Assembly: GCA_041666185.1 (NCBI GenBank)
Contig: JBAYHL010000003.1
Span: 935 to 64,934, forward strand
Direction of reading: 5' to 3'
Length of the DNA: 64,000 nt
Origin: Patescibacteria group bacterium
GTDB lineage: Bacteria > Patescibacteriota > UBA1384 > UBA12157 > JAENIV01
Below the pieces are notes generated by a model. It made no database searches, had not been told where the DNA came from, and saw nothing but the letters and a program-made list of their open reading frames with translations. The position numbers and the translations under genes were made by a program. This document shows, piece after piece, positions 28,307 to 43,700 of the stretch (positions within the stretch are counted from its first letter, which is position 1; each line of letters opens with the position of its first letter).

Positions 28307-28666
28307 ATGGCTGATTTACAAAAATATGAGGAAACTTTTTTAAGGCAAACGAGAGATATTGCCGGTAAGCTTCAAGAAGTTTTGAAAATTTTAATTTCTG
28401 ATTTAAAAAACGAAGTAGCTTTAAGAGAAGGTGAGCGTTTAGCCCATGTTCTTAAGGGTAGTGCAGCTTTAATGAGGTGCGAAAATTTATCTAAATTAGC
28501 AGAAAAAATAGAAGAGTTTTTCCGTAAATCTCTAGAAAATACTTTAGAAATTAATCAAGATATTTTAAAAGAAATAGAGAATTTTTGTTTAGTGCTTTTA
28601 CGAACATCAAATTTTGAAGAGTTACAGAGTGTAAATTTCAAAATTAAAGACTTAAATACCATTTAA
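28307..28666 (+). CDS. Histidine phosphotransfer (HPt) domain protein
   Basis: AHVLKGSAALM matches the HPt HxxKG motif. Its start codon abuts the receiver gene's stop. Confidence 0.6.
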   Translation: MADLQKYEETFLRQTRDIAGKLQEVLKILISDLKNEVALREGERLAHVLKGSAALMRCENLSKLAEKIEEFFRKSLENTLEINQDILKEIENFCLVLLRTSNFEELQSVNFKIKDLNTI

Positions 28667-28676
28667 TATTTTTTCT

Positions 28677-28706
28677 TTGGATTTTTAAGTTTTTATAATA
28701 TATAAT
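28677..28706 (+). promoter_or_regulatory. Possible internal promoter TTGGAT-18-TATAAT ahead of the giant gene, followed by a leader hairpin AAGAGT/ACTCTT
   Basis: Seen directly in the sequence. Confidence 0.3.
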
Positions 28707-28774
28707 ATAGTAGGAATTTATTTTTCTAAAAAGAGTGGGAAACTCTTAGGTTTTGTGTAGCAGGAGGGGTTTTA

Positions 28775-31700
28775 ATGAACCAAGATGAGGTAAATGAAGC
28801 GAAGTCTTTAGATGCCGAAATTTCTAAAATTACAAAAAGCACTCGAGCGACCGTGCCGGCAATGACGCCGTTGCACGATATTTTGCGTCAAAAATATCCT
28901 TGGTATTACAGGTGGCACTTAAATCCTTTGAGTAAAGTTGTCCATACCTTAGTTTTGGGTTTGTGGATAGTTTTAGTTACGGGAACAGTTGTCTATAGTA
29001 ATGTTTATCAGGCGCCAACGGCTAAAGCCGCCGCTGATTTTACTTGTACTTGGGACGGAACAACTGGTAACTGGTCGGATACGGCTAAGTGGGGTGGTTG
29101 TAACAGTGAATATCCAGGGCAAACTGGGACTACTACTTACGATGTTTCGATCCCTTCAGGGTCAGTGACTTTGGATGTTGCTAGCGTCGATATCACCGCT
29201 GCCGGAACAACTGCAGGGGATATTTCTGTGGTTGGAACTTTAAATACAAATGGCAATGCTCTTACCTTACATTCAATGTTGGTTGATACTGGAGGAACTC
29301 TTGTAGCTGGGATTTCTACTTTTACTGTAAAAAGTAACTGGAATCATTCCGCGGGAACATTTATTCACAATACTTCTACCATTGCAATGACAGGAGCTAC
29401 AGGTTCGATCACCACAGGTACAGATTTAAAATATGTATATAACTTAACAACAACTACTGCTGGCCAAACCATTACTTTTGCCAATAGAACTGGCATCAAA
29501 GGAGTGCTAACAGTAGGTAATGCCTCTAGTGCGGTTACATTAAATGGTAATCAACTTATAGATTTGTACGACAATACTACACCGCTTTCTTTGACTGGAT
29601 TGTATAGCATAACATCAGTACAAATGACCTTCAGGGCAACATCTCCTTTGTCTATACCGGCTGCAACCTATGGAGTAGTTTATATATTTCTTAATGCCAC
29701 CAATACCATATCTTTAAGTGGAACAACTACTTTTAGTGCACTTGATATTTACTCTGCTGTGGACAGCGCTACGTCTACACTTGACACTGCCGGCTACACT
29801 GTAAATACTGTCAATCTTTCGATAGGATCAGCTAGTGGAACTAGTCATTGTGGCAAATTTATTGCCAATAACTCAACAGTAAATGTTAGTGGAAATGTTC
29901 TTATTCGCGCTTGTGGTGCAGGGACTGCTGAACTTGATGCTGGAAGTTCTACTATTAATGTTGGTGGAGATTACACTAATAATAGTACTTTCACTGCCAG
30001 TACCTCGACCATTAATTTTAATAAAACTTCCGGTACACAAACTCTTACTTCAGGTGGTACGGGAACAGGAAAATTATTTAATAATCTTACTCATTCTGGT
30101 GCGGGAATTTTGAGGTTAGCCACCAACGATATTGATGTGAATGGCACTTTCACTAATTCTGCCGGAACTTTTGATGCTGATACAAACGATAAAAGTATGA
30201 ATTTTGCTGGAGCTTGGAACAATACTGGGTCGGCGACATTTTCAAGAGGATCTGGGATGTTATATTTTGATGGAGCAACAACATTGACTGACTCTTCTTC
30301 CAACGCCGGCGATTTGGGGGTGGTATATATAACCCCTACATGTGTCTTAACTCTTGGGTCGAATGCCAAAATGACCTCTGTTACTAGTGTGGTTTTCTTA
30401 GGAAATCTCAACATGGGAAGTGGAAATACTTTGACGCTTACTGGCACTGGAACGCCCATGTCGTGGTTTGATACAACAACCTTTCAAAAAGGTACCAATT
30501 CGACTGTAACTTATACTGGCACAACCACGGCGACAAATGTTGCAACAGTTGCCTACAACAATCTAACCTTAACTCCAACAGCCGCTACTACTTACAGCTT
30601 AGCCGGTAATTTAACTGGTGCTAGTGCGATGAGTGGGAATTTGACTATTAATGCAAACGCTACTTTAAATACAACAACCTCAAATTACGGAATATCTACA
30701 ATAAATTTAACTATTAATGGAACTCTTTCCGCCAATGCTTCAGCAATTACTTTATCGGGTTCATGGAATAGCACTACTGGCCATTATAATAGGACAAGCG
30801 GCTCAAGCGGCTCTCATGTTACAATGACTGGCACAACAGGGACAGCCTCTATTAATTTTAATCCGGCTGATTTTTGGACCAGCACAACATCTTTTAACTA
30901 TCTAGAAATTAATGCGCCGGGTAACACAGTTACTTTGTCGAGTGACATTACTTTTTGGTATGATTGTCAATTAAATCTTCAAAGTGGCACAATAAATGGT
31001 AGCCGGTATATTACTTTTGCTTATCCTAATAACTCGTCTCCATATATTAATACTGCTGCCTCTTTTGGTGCTTCTTTGCCGACAGTCAGCTATATTATTG
31101 GCACTTCAAATCCTGCCTCTCCTACAATTGTATCGAGCGAAATTTATCCCAATTTAACTATCACTACTGGTAGCGCATGTCCAGCCGGCACCGAATGTTA
31201 TGCTAAATTATCCAGCGGTATTTCTGCTAACAACCTTATAGTCTCTGGTCAGACTGGTAAAAAAGCAACTTTAAATGCCGACATTCACGATATATCTGTA
31301 GGTAATGCTTTAATTATGGGAACAGCAGGTGGTTATTATGGCGAATTGGATATAAATAGCTCTTTAACTGTTAACAATTATGTCAGCATAGTTAATTCTG
31401 GTGTCGCCTTTTCAAACAAGCTCGTTGCTGGCACAGGCACATCTATCTCTGTCGCTAATGATTTCATGAACTATGACACCTTTGAGGCCGGCACTTCGAC
31501 AATCACCTTTAACGGATCAACAACAAATAGAGGCATTACGACTAATGGGGATGCTTTTTATAATTTAACCATTGACGGAGCTGGTGGTGGTTGGATAGCC
31601 CAAAGTGCAGTTAATGTAACCCATGACTTTAATATTACTAATGGTACATTTGATCTTAAGAGCGGCAGTAATTATGCCTTAAATGTTGGTAACGATTTTA

Positions 31701-34700
31701 TTGGTAACAATGGCACTTGGACATTTGAAATGAGGGCTTCAACCATTACAGTTTCCGGTAACTGGAATACTTCAGCTAAAGCATGGGATAGCACAAACAA
31801 CAATGCTCTTAAAACAGGGACTTCAACTGTTGTAATGAATGGAACAGGTACTAAAACAATTACAACTGGTGTCACAAATGCCTGGGAATCAAGATTTTAT
31901 AATTTAACTGTTGGCCAAAGTGGTAACACCACCAGCCTTGCACAAGCAGTTGGGACTGATGGGGTTCTGACAGTCGGGACAGGGACTTTTTCAATTGCGA
32001 CTGATAAAACCATTTATCTCAAAAAACCAACTGGCGATGTTTTATCACTTGATCCGGCTGCGGTTTTAGTAGGAGTAGGTACTGGCCATCTCAGTCTTCA
32101 CAGTAATGGTACGAGCGGTACTTTAAATCTGCCAGCACACACTTATGATATGTCAATATGGCTAAGTGGTGGTGGTTTTACTGTGGCTCAAACTGGTGAC
32201 GTAATTATAAATGGTAATTTAATGGTAAATGGAGATCAGCAAGCTAGCAGAGTTGCTAATTACAACACAGGCAATCATTCTTTAACCATTTCTGGCAATC
32301 TTCAAGTTGGTTACAATACTACTACTTACGATGCTAATAAGACTTTCACTGCTGGTAGTTCGACTGTTACGGTTGGTGGCAATATGACTCAATATGGTAT
32401 TCTAACCGCCGGTAGTTCTACCTTTGATTTTAATTCTGCAAGTAGCCGAACCTTAGACTCTGGTGGCACAGGTGCCAATCAAACATTTAATAATCTTACT
32501 CACTCAGGTAATAATACTTTGCAGCTTGTGACCAACTCTATTAATATTAATGGTAATCTTACTAATTCTGCCGGCGAATTTGATGCTAATGGGCTAAATG
32601 TTGATGTTGCTGGTAATTGGGATGTTGCCGGTGGAGGTTTTTATGCCGGGGCGACTCCTGGAACGCAAACAGTCACTTTGGATGGCGCAGGAGGATCCAC
32701 TCAAGCAATTTCTGGTTCAACAACTTTTAATAATTTAACGGCGACAACTGCAACTGCTAGAACTCTACAATTTGCTGCGGCATCGACTACGGTTGTAGAA
32801 GGTGTTTTGACAATGGACGGTGCGGCAGGACAACTGCTTTCCTTACGTTCGTCTTCTTCTGGTTCTTGGTGGTATTTTGGTACTCTTAATCCAGCCGAAA
32901 CCTCTTACCTAGATATTCAGGATTCAGACGCTTCTTTGGGTGCCACCAATACGGCTAACACTTCTAATGATTCTGGTAATAATCAAAATTGGGTTTTTGG
33001 TGGGGGAGTTACTTATATTTCCGGAACGGTCTATACTAATGAAAACAAATCCACCAACGTTGGTGCGGGAATAACGGTGGCTATTTCAGTTAATGGTGGA
33101 GCAAAGAATACAATAACAACGACTGCCGGCGGGGTATTTAGCTTTAATTCTGTGGGAGTAGCCGCTAACAACACTCTTACTATTTTTACTGATGATGTTA
33201 CCTATAAATCAAATCTTGTTACCCAAGTTTTAAATACGGTAGATGACATTACGGGCTTGGAAATGTACACCGGAGATATTTCGCTTCGTCATGAAACTGC
33301 GGGACCCTTAACTAACACATTACTTGCAACAGCTGATAATCTAGCTGACCCTAATATGTTTTTCTCGGTTGATGGTTCTAATAACGCAACTTTTTCCAAA
33401 AAACTCTGGGTAGAAAGTGGTTACAACTATACACCAGGAGGTAACGTTACGGTTAACGATAGTACGGAAATTAGAAGTCTTGCTACTTTAAACCTGGGTT
33501 CTTCTGGTTATATTTTAACCTTGGGTGGTACATCAGCTACACCATTAGTGGTTTCTGGGACGCTTTCAACTGGCAGTAGTTCAACTGTTAAATACACAGC
33601 TGTTAATGCTGGGAGCAATGTCAGTGTTGTCGCTACTCCTTACAACAATCTTCAATTTTCACCTGCCTCGGCTGAAAGCTATGATTTAGCTGGTAACCTT
33701 ACTGTTGCTAATGCCATGACGGGCAGTTTAACAGTTGATGCTAATGCAACGCTTAATACCTACGTTGGAACTACAAGTTACAACATTTCTTGTGTAAATG
33801 GAACTGTTAATGCTAGTGGAACTCTTTATGCTGGCGCAAATGGCAGCACTGGCACGTCAACTTTTACGGCTTCTGGTAACTGGGACACCTCCAATGGTAC
33901 ATTTACTTACGGGACTTCAACAGTTGTTCTTACGGGTACAGCAAATTTAGGTGCTGGATCGTCTGCTTCTCATTCACTGTACAATTTGACAATGACTACT
34001 CCCGGTCAAATTGTAACTTTGTCTAGCATTGCTACAAAAGTTTACGGTACTTTTACAGTTGGTAGTACCTCGGGTGCTAAAGTTACTCTACAGAGAGGTG
34101 GTGGGAATGCATGGTTTTATTTGTACAACAATACTACCCCGTTAGTTTTCAACGGAACTTACAATGGGAGCCCTGGGTATAATATTGATGATTTAAATAC
34201 AGTATATAATCCTACATTAGACACATCTTTTGTTGGTGGTCATTTTGGGAATTTATATTTTACTTGTAACAACAAGACTATCACACTTGCTAATGCTGTT
34301 ACCGCAACTGGTAATCTTTTTATTTATAGCTCCAATAGCACTTATCGCTCAACCGTTGATACGGCAAGTAATGCAGTTACTGCTGGGACTTTAAATCTTG
34401 GCCAGGCTAGCTATACGTCAAATTACGCTACTTTATTAGCCAATGCTTCAACTATTACGGCGGCGAATGTTGTTATAAGAACCGGAGCTTTGGCAAACAA
34501 TATTTTAAACGCTGGTTCGGCAACTATTAATGTTTCTACCAACTGGACAAATGCTGACACATTTACAGCCGGAACTTCAACAGTTAATTTCAATGGTACG
34601 ACAACCCAAACTATTACCGGTGCTAATACTTGGTATAATTTGACGATCGCCAATACCGCTGGTACACCAAGTGATACTTACGATGTTGACCCAACTGCTG

Positions 34701-37700
34701 CTCAAACTGTGACTAATACTTTTAATATTAACGATGGCCAATGGAGCGGTTTTAATGGCGACACCTATAACAATATTAATATTAATTATACTAACGGCAC
34801 TGTTAATGGCATTTTTAAACCAGACGCAGGTGCTAATATTAATATTTCTAGCAACTGGACACAAGCGCTTAATTCCGTTTTTACTTATGGTACGAGTACA
34901 ATTACTTTTACTGGTAGCGGCAAAACTATTGGTGGAACAGCAAGCTACAGTATTTTTTATAATATAACAATAAATCCAGGTGCGTCAGTTACCAATAATC
35001 TTCCTTATGTGTATAACTTTGGTCCTAATTTTACGGCTAATGGTACCTTTACAGTTGGGGATGGTAAATATGTAGGTCTTTATTATGTTGGTGGGTCAAC
35101 GGTTTCTATCGGTGATGGTGGTTTAATTCAAGGAATTGATGTTGCCGATTCCATTTTTAACGTAGAAGATCTTGCGCCAACGGTTAATTTAACTGGTACA
35201 GGAAATTTTGGTTCTAATCTTTATTTAAGGTTTATGTTTGTCGATAGTAATGGCACACTGCCTTCTCTCAATTATAAAGCAGGAAAAGTAGAAGCTTATG
35301 GTTTATATTTTACAAGTGGTACTTATACTATCACACCAACAGCCGGGACATTAGATATTGATGGTGATTTTTCTATCATGGGCGAAGAGTACGATCAAAT
35401 GACTTCTACTATCGACTTTAATAATTCCAACAATACGACGATTAATATTGGTGGAAGTTTTTCTAGGACAGATGCCTTTGGCGTTCCTGAAATTAAATAT
35501 ACCAAGGGTACGACTGATACAGTCACTTTTGATGCCGCTGCAGGTACAAAAACTTTTGATCCAGGCACAACATCCGTTTTCAATAATCTTACTCACTCTG
35601 GTGCGGGAACTTTACAACTTGCTAATACTGCCTTAAATATTGATGGCAACTTTTCTAACTCAGAATCTGCGGGAGAATTTGATGCCAATGGTTTAAATAT
35701 TAATGCCGCTGGCAATTGGGACGTTGCCGGTGGAGGTTTTTATGCCGGGGCGACTCCTGGAACGCAAACAGTCACTTTAGATGGTGCAGGAGGATCCACT
35801 CAAGCAATTTCTGGTTCAACAACTTTTAATAATTTAACAGCAACAGCTGCTACTGCCCGGACTTTACAGTTTGAAGGTGGTCAATTAAATATGGTTTCTG
35901 GTACTTTAACCATGAATGGCGCGGCAGGACAACTGCTTTCTTTGCGCTCATCTTCTCCTGGTACTACTTGGTATTTTGCCACTTCCGGCACGCCAACAAC
36001 TTCTTATCTAGATGTTAAGGACTCCGATGCTACTTTGGGAGCAACAATTAGCGCTAGCAATTCATTAAATTCTGGTAATAATTACAACTGGAGTTTTGGT
36101 GGCGGTGTAAATTATATGTCTGGTACGGTCTATACCAATGAAAACAAATCCACCAACGTTGGTGTTGGTGTTACGGTGGCAGTTTCAGTTAACGGTACGG
36201 CTAAACAGACAACGACAACCACGGCTGGCGGAGTATTTAGTTTTAACTCTGTTGGGGTTGCCGCTAACGAAACTTTAACCTTTTTCACTGACGATGTAAC
36301 TTACAAATCAAACCTTGTTACACAAGTTTTAAATACGGTAGATGACATCACGGGATTGGAAATGTACACCGGAGATATTTCACTTCGTCACGAAACCGCC
36401 GGGCCAATAACCAACACCTTGCTTGCAACAGCTGATAATCTGGCTGACCCTAATATGTTTTTCTCGGTTGATGGTTCTAATAACGCAACTTTCTCAAAGA
36501 AACTTTGGCTAGAATCAGGTTACACTTACACGCCAGGAGGAAATGCTACGGTTAATGACAATACTGAAGTTAGATCAACTGCTACCTTAAATCTAGGTTC
36601 GTCTGGTTACATCTTAACTTTAGGTGGTACATCAGCCACACCATTAGTGGTTTCTGGGACGCTTTCAACTGGCAGTAGTTCAACTGTTAAATACACAGCT
36701 GTCAATGCCGGCGGCAATGTTAATGTGACAACTGTACCTTACAACAACCTCCAATTCACACCGGCGTCAGCTGAAAGCTACGATTTAACCGGTAATCTTA
36801 CTGTTGCTAATGCTATGACAGGGAGTCTTACAATTGATACTAACGCAACCTTTAGCACAACAGCTTCTAACTACAATGTCGCTGGGATTAATGCGACGAT
36901 CGTGGGTACTTTAACGCCAAATGCTTCAACTATTACTCTTTCCGGTAACTGGGATTCGTCGACAGGGACTGTTAATATGACTGGGAATACTTCGACCGTT
37001 GAAATTACCGGTAATAGCTCAATTAATGGTAAAAGCTGGGTTAATACTTTTTATAATCTAAAAACAGCTTATACCGACAAAAATGTTAGCTGGACAAATA
37101 ATAGTGCCATAATTAATCAGCTTACGTTGATGGGGACCAATCCAAGTACCTCTCATATTACTGGAGTTGCTAGTCAATATGGTCCTAATTTGAATGTTAG
37201 CGGGTCTAATTTAGTTGTTTCTAACGGTGCCAATATGGTGAACTTGACAATTCTTTATACTGGTTCGGGAGCAACGACTATTACTCCCGGTACTTTTTAC
37301 TCTATTTTGGCGGTTGCTCCATCTTCATCAACTCAGACTTTAGGTGGCGATGTTACCTGTGATTATGTTAGAGTTTTTGGTTCTTCTGGGCAAACAGCCA
37401 CATTGGATTTGAATGGTTACACCTTAAATTCTGTTTCAAGCACTGGTTTTAACCAAATTGGTTGGGATGGTGACAACACGCGTTATGGCAAAATTATCAA
37501 TAGCTCTCAGACAACTGACGCGACAATTAATGCTAATGGCGGTGGTAGTGGTGGTATAAAAATTAGTACCTCCAATACAGGTGGTAAAAATATTCTTGAT
37601 GCCAGCGGCGTTGGTCCTGCTAATCATACGATTAATGTTAATATGGCTGGTAACTGGACGAATAACGATCAATTTATATACAGTAATTCAACAGTTAAAT

Positions 37701-40700
37701 TTACCGGTACGGGAGCGATCGACAATACTGCTAGTTGGGGTGATAACAATAAGCGTATGCACAGCCTAATCATTGAAGCCGGTGCTGGTACGGTGACTCT
37801 AACAAACGGAGCCTATTTAATGGGCACAGGAACTTTAACTTTAAATAGCGGCATTCTTACTGGTAATAAAAATATCTATGTAAATGCATTTAATGGGTCG
37901 TATGTTAATAACGGTATTAGTAATTTTGGCGCCTCAAAACCAGTTATTACCATGATGGTTAGTTCGACTAACCCAGCTTCGCCAGATATTATCTCTGGGG
38001 CTTCAGCAACCTATCCTTATCCTTATCTAGAAACCCGTGGCGGAATTAGCAGCGCGACTGTTTATGGCAAAATGGGTGGCAATATCACCAGCTCTAGTTT
38101 TACTATTGCCCCTTGGCAAACTAACGATACCTTAGAAGTTGACACCGACAATTATTCTATTACTGTTAACGGTTGGATGTTTGTTGGCGCTAACTGGGCA
38201 ACTTCCCATGCCTCAATTTTGAATGCTCGTCACTCAACAATCACTGTTACTGGTGAAGTTGGTATATATTCTCACGATACTAATCCTACTCCAAGCGAGC
38301 TTCGTTTTGATGACACTGGTGGTAGCCTTTCGGTGATGGGCAATTTTAACTTTGATACTGCAGGTGGCTCAGTAAGAGGCATTTTCACACCAGGTCACTC
38401 AACAGTTACCTTTAATGGAGCCAATACCCAAGCCATTATCGGTGCCAACACTTGGTATAACTTAACGATTGCCAATACTGCTGGTTCACCAAGCGACACT
38501 TACGACGTTGATCCAACGGCGGCTCAAACAGTTACTAACACTTTCAATATTAACGACGGTCAATATAGCGCTTTTAATGGTGACAGTTACAATGACATTA
38601 ATATTAATTATACCAGTAGTACTGTTAAGGGTATATTTAAACCAGATGCGGCAGCAAGTGTTACTGTTTCTGGCAACTGGTCTCTAGCAACTAGCGCTAC
38701 CTTTACTTATGGTACAAGTACAATCATCTTTACTGGTAGTGGTAAAACTATTGGGGGGACGTCGCTTAGTTGGTCTCTTTATAGTCTCGTAATTAATCCA
38801 GGCGCTTCTATTACAAGCAATACAGCTTATATATATGTTTATGGCACTACTTTTACAGTTAATGGTACATTTAGTGTAAATAATATAAGTGTTTATGCTC
38901 CTACTGTTACGGTCAACAGTACCCTGACTGTTGGTGATGCTAAGATGTTGTATTGGTCGAACTCTAACCAAACGCTTAACATTGGTGACGGTGGCTTGAT
39001 TCAAGGAGTCGATGTTGCAGATTCTGTGTTTAGAATAATTGGTGACGCAACACCAACTATCAATTTAACCGGAACGGGAAATTTTGGTTCCAGTCTTTAT
39101 TTACAGTTTATGATTTATTATGGTGATTTAGCGCTGCCTTCTTTAAATTATCAAGCTGGTAAGGTTGAAGTGTTTGGCTCTTTTGCATTTGAAAGTATTG
39201 TTCATAATATTGTACCAACAGCTGGAAATTTAGATATTGATTGGGACCTTAGTATCAAATGTGAATTGATATTTGGAACGGGCACTCCTACTATGAATCT
39301 TTATAACTCCAATAACACACCCATTAATATTGGTGGAAGTTTTACAAGGGCAGAGATTGGTGCTGTTGGTGCCATTGCTAAATACACTAAAGGCACAACT
39401 GACACGGTTACTTTTGATGCTGCTTCTGGGACAAAAACTTTTGATCCAGGGTCATTATCTACCTTCAATAATGTTACTCACTCTGGTGCAGGAACACTTC
39501 AGCTTGCTAATACTGCTCTAAATGCTGATGGTAACCTTACTAACTCTGCCGGAACTTTTGATGCTAACGGTTTAAATATTAATGTCGCTGGTAACTTTGA
39601 TATTTCTGGTGGGTCATTTTCTGCCGGAACTGTTCCTGGAACCCAAACAGTCACTTTAGATGGTGCGGGAGGATCTACTCAGGCAATCTCTGGCTCAACG
39701 ACCTTTAATAATTTGACGGCGTCAGCAACGGCGGCTAGAACTTTACAATTTGCGGCTTCGTCAACAACCGCTGTTTCTGGTACTCTAACAATGAATGGCG
39801 CGACTAGTCAACTGATAAGTTTACGCTCATCATCTTCTGGCACTGCTTGGAATCTTAACGCCACTAATGCGCCAACTCTTACCTATGTTGATGCCCAAGA
39901 TTCTAACGCTTCTGGTGGAGCGCTAATTACTGCTAATAACTCTAACGACTCTGGTAATAACACAAATTGGACTTTTGGCGGGGGAGTAACCTATATTTCC
40001 GGGACAGTCTATACAAATGAAAATAAATCCACCAATGTTGGTGCCGGTATCACTGTGGCGATCTCTGTTGATGGTGAGGCTAAACAAACAACCACGACGA
40101 CAACTGGTGGAGTCTTTGCCTTTAATTCTGTTGGTGTTGCCGCTAACAATACTTTAACTCTCTTTACAGATGATGTTACTTATAAAGGTAACTTAATTAC
40201 TCAAGTTTTAAATACCACCAACGACATTACTGGTTTAGAAATGTATACCGAAGATATTGTTATTCGTCATGAAACTGTAGGACCAATGACCAATACCTTA
40301 CTTGCAACAGCGGCTACCCTTGCCGATCCCAATATGTTTTTCTCGGTTAGTGGTGGCAACGCGACATTTACGAAAAAACTTTGGTTGGAAAGTGGCTTTA
40401 ATTACACATCGGGAGGGCAGGCATCAGTCACCGACTTAGAGACAAGAGGTACTTCGACTTTTGCTCCGCAAGCTAATAGTGTTTTTGCGTCTGGTAACTG
40501 GACAATCTCGGCGACTGGAATTTTGACAACTTCAGGAACAATTGATTTTACTAAATTATCTGGGACACAAACATTAAACTCTGGTGGTACTGATTCAAAT
40601 CATCAGCTTTATGGTCTTACTCACTCTGGTGCTGGTACTTTACAATTGACTTCCAATGCCATTGTTGAGAATAATACCTTTACTAACTCTGATGGCACTT

Positions 40701-43700
40701 TTGATACTAATAACTTAAATACATTTTTCCTTGGTGATTGGAATAATACTGGTGATGCGATTTATTCTAGAGGTAGTGGTATTTTAGATTTTGTTGGTAC
40801 TTCGATTATTACTAATACTTCAACTAATGCAGAAAGTTTGGCAGGTGTTATTATTATTGGGACTGCTACTCTTAACTCTAATCTGACAATTCAGTCAGTT
40901 ACTGGTTCAGGTACTTTAAATCTTGGTAGTGGTTCGTACACCCTTACGGTAACAAGCACTGGATCAGGTTTAGGCGTGACCAATTTCAACAAAGGTACTG
41001 GTTCAACAGTTGTTTTTACTGGTACTGGTGCCAGTGTTAACATTGCTACTTTTGCTTATAATAATTTAACTTTGTCACCGGCAACATCGGCAACTTACAG
41101 TTTAACTGGTAATCTTACGGGTGCCAATGCTATGAGCGGCAATCTTACTATTAATACTAACGCGACTTTAGACCTGCGGCCTTCAACAACCGATTATAGT
41201 CTGACGGCAGTTAATGTGACTGTTGGCGGAGTTTTGGATGCTGGCAGTTCGTCGTCTACTGTTACGGTTGGTGGTAACTGGGATGTTTCTACTGGTACTT
41301 TCACAAGGGGAACCAGCATAGTTGCTTTCACTGGGAGTTCGGCTTCTATAAATTGTGGTGCTGCTTATTGGAACAATCAGTTTTGGACAATCAACTTTCC
41401 TTCAGCCGGAACAACAACTACTACTTTAACGAATTCTATTTCGGTCAGAAATACTTCTTTAGGAAGTTCTACAAATACAATTACTAGTGCAACCAATTTA
41501 TCTATTGAGGTTTGGAACAGTGGTACACCGGTAACTAATAATAACGCTGTTTTAAGTAATGTTCAGCTAACATATAACGCAAGTGGGGCTACTAATGTGG
41601 CCGCCGGAAATTCTTTTGGTAATGTTAAGTTTTTTTCAGATACCAATAGTGTTACTTACACTTTGCAAGGTGACATTAACGCCGCTGTGGTTACTGTTTA
41701 TTCCAGTAACGACAACAGAACTGCGACACTTGATTTAGATGGCCACAACTTAACTCTTTCTAGTAGTCTTTCCGTTGGTTTAACTGGGAACACTATTAGA
41801 AATGGTGTTATCCAAAATACTAATGTAACAACTAAATCGACAATCACGTCAACCGACCTAACAATCTATAACGGTGCCGGTAATAACAAGATTTTAGCTA
41901 ATGGCACTCAAACTATTGACTTCAATGTTGCTGGCAACTGGACCAATTCTGACACATTTACTGCTGGTGCTTCGACAGTGACTTTCAATGGCACGACAAC
42001 CCAAACTATCACTGGCGCTAATACTTGGTACAACTTAACCATTGCTAACACCTACGTGACCCCAAGTGACACTTATGACGTTGACCCAACGGCGGCTCAA
42101 ACTGTTACTAACACTTTCAATGTTAACGACGGGCAATACAGCGCTTTCAATGGTGACAGCTACAATGATATTAATATTAATTATACCAGCAGCTCCGCTA
42201 AGGGTATTTTAAAACCAGACGCGGCGGCGAGCATCACTGTTTCTGGTAACTGGACATATATGTCTGGTGCTACTATTACTACTGGCACAAGTACATTCAC
42301 CTTTACTGGTAGTGGTAAGACTATTGGAGGAACTGGATCTTCATCTTTCTACAATTTTGTAATTAATCCAGGGGCATCTATTACAGGTAATGCAACCTCT
42401 TTATATGTGTACGGTCCAACATTTACAGTTAATGGCACATTTAACATTAATTCTGTATATTTTTATGGTGCTACCCTCACAGTTAATAGCACATTAACTG
42501 TTGGAGATGGAAAGATTTTTTATTGGTCATATCCAGACCTAACACTTTCTATTGGTGATGGTGGATTAATTCAAGGAGTAGATGTTAATGATTCTATATT
42601 TGAAATAAGCAATGATTCAACGCCTACTATTAATTTGGCTGGAACAGGAAATTTTGGTTCTAATCTTTATTTGCAGTTTTATCTTTATTCTGGCAGTCTT
42701 TCTATTCCTTCCTTGCATTACCAAGCCGGTAAGGTTGAGGTATATGGTTCTTTCGCGTTCGAAAGTTCTACTCACACTGTTGTACCGACAGCTGGGACAT
42801 TAGACATTGACGGAAATTTCAGTCTTAAAAGTGAGGTTTTCATTTCAGGTACTCCTGTTATTGACTTCAATAACTCCAATAATACGACTATTAATATTGG
42901 TGGAAATTTTTCCAGAACAGAGATAGGGGGTGCTGTTGCTAAATACACTAAAGGTACAACCGATACAGTTACTTTTGACGCTGCTTCTGACACAAAAACT
43001 TTTGATCCTGGTTCTACCTCAGTTTTCAACAATGTTACTCACTCTGGTGAAAGTACTTTGCAGCTTGTTAATACTAATCTAAACGTCGATGGCAACTTCA
43101 CTAATTCGGCTGGTACTTTTGATGCTAATGGTCGTGATATAACTGTTGCGGGATCGTGGAGCAACACGGCTACTTTTGACAAAGAAACGAGGACAGTCAC
43201 TTTCGATGGTGGTGCAACCGGAAAAACAATTAATGGTGGTGCCTCCGGATTTTATAATTTAACAATCAATGGAGCCGGTGGAGGATGGACTTTAGATACT
43301 AGTAACTTAACCACTGTTACAAACATTAGCATTAATTCCGGAACATTAAACACTGGCACTCTTTCTCTGGGAACAGCTTCCAGCACGGTTTTGAATGTTG
43401 ATGGAGGAAACTTAAATGGTGGAAGTAACACAATTAATGCTAAAACTTTTAATGTGTTAAGTGGTGCTTTTGTGTCTGGTAGCGGGCAAGTTAATTTAGG
43501 GACAAACTCGTCTTGGGGTTATTATGGACACACTAGCGGAACCGCTGATTGGACTACTAACAACACAACACTTTATATCTATTCAAATAGTGAGAGGACT
43601 TTACCTCCAGATACGTATCATCATCTTACCTTAGCAGCTGTTATAATTCCTTTTTCTGGTGATCCAATCTATAGTTTAACCGGGGCAACTGTGTTGGAAG

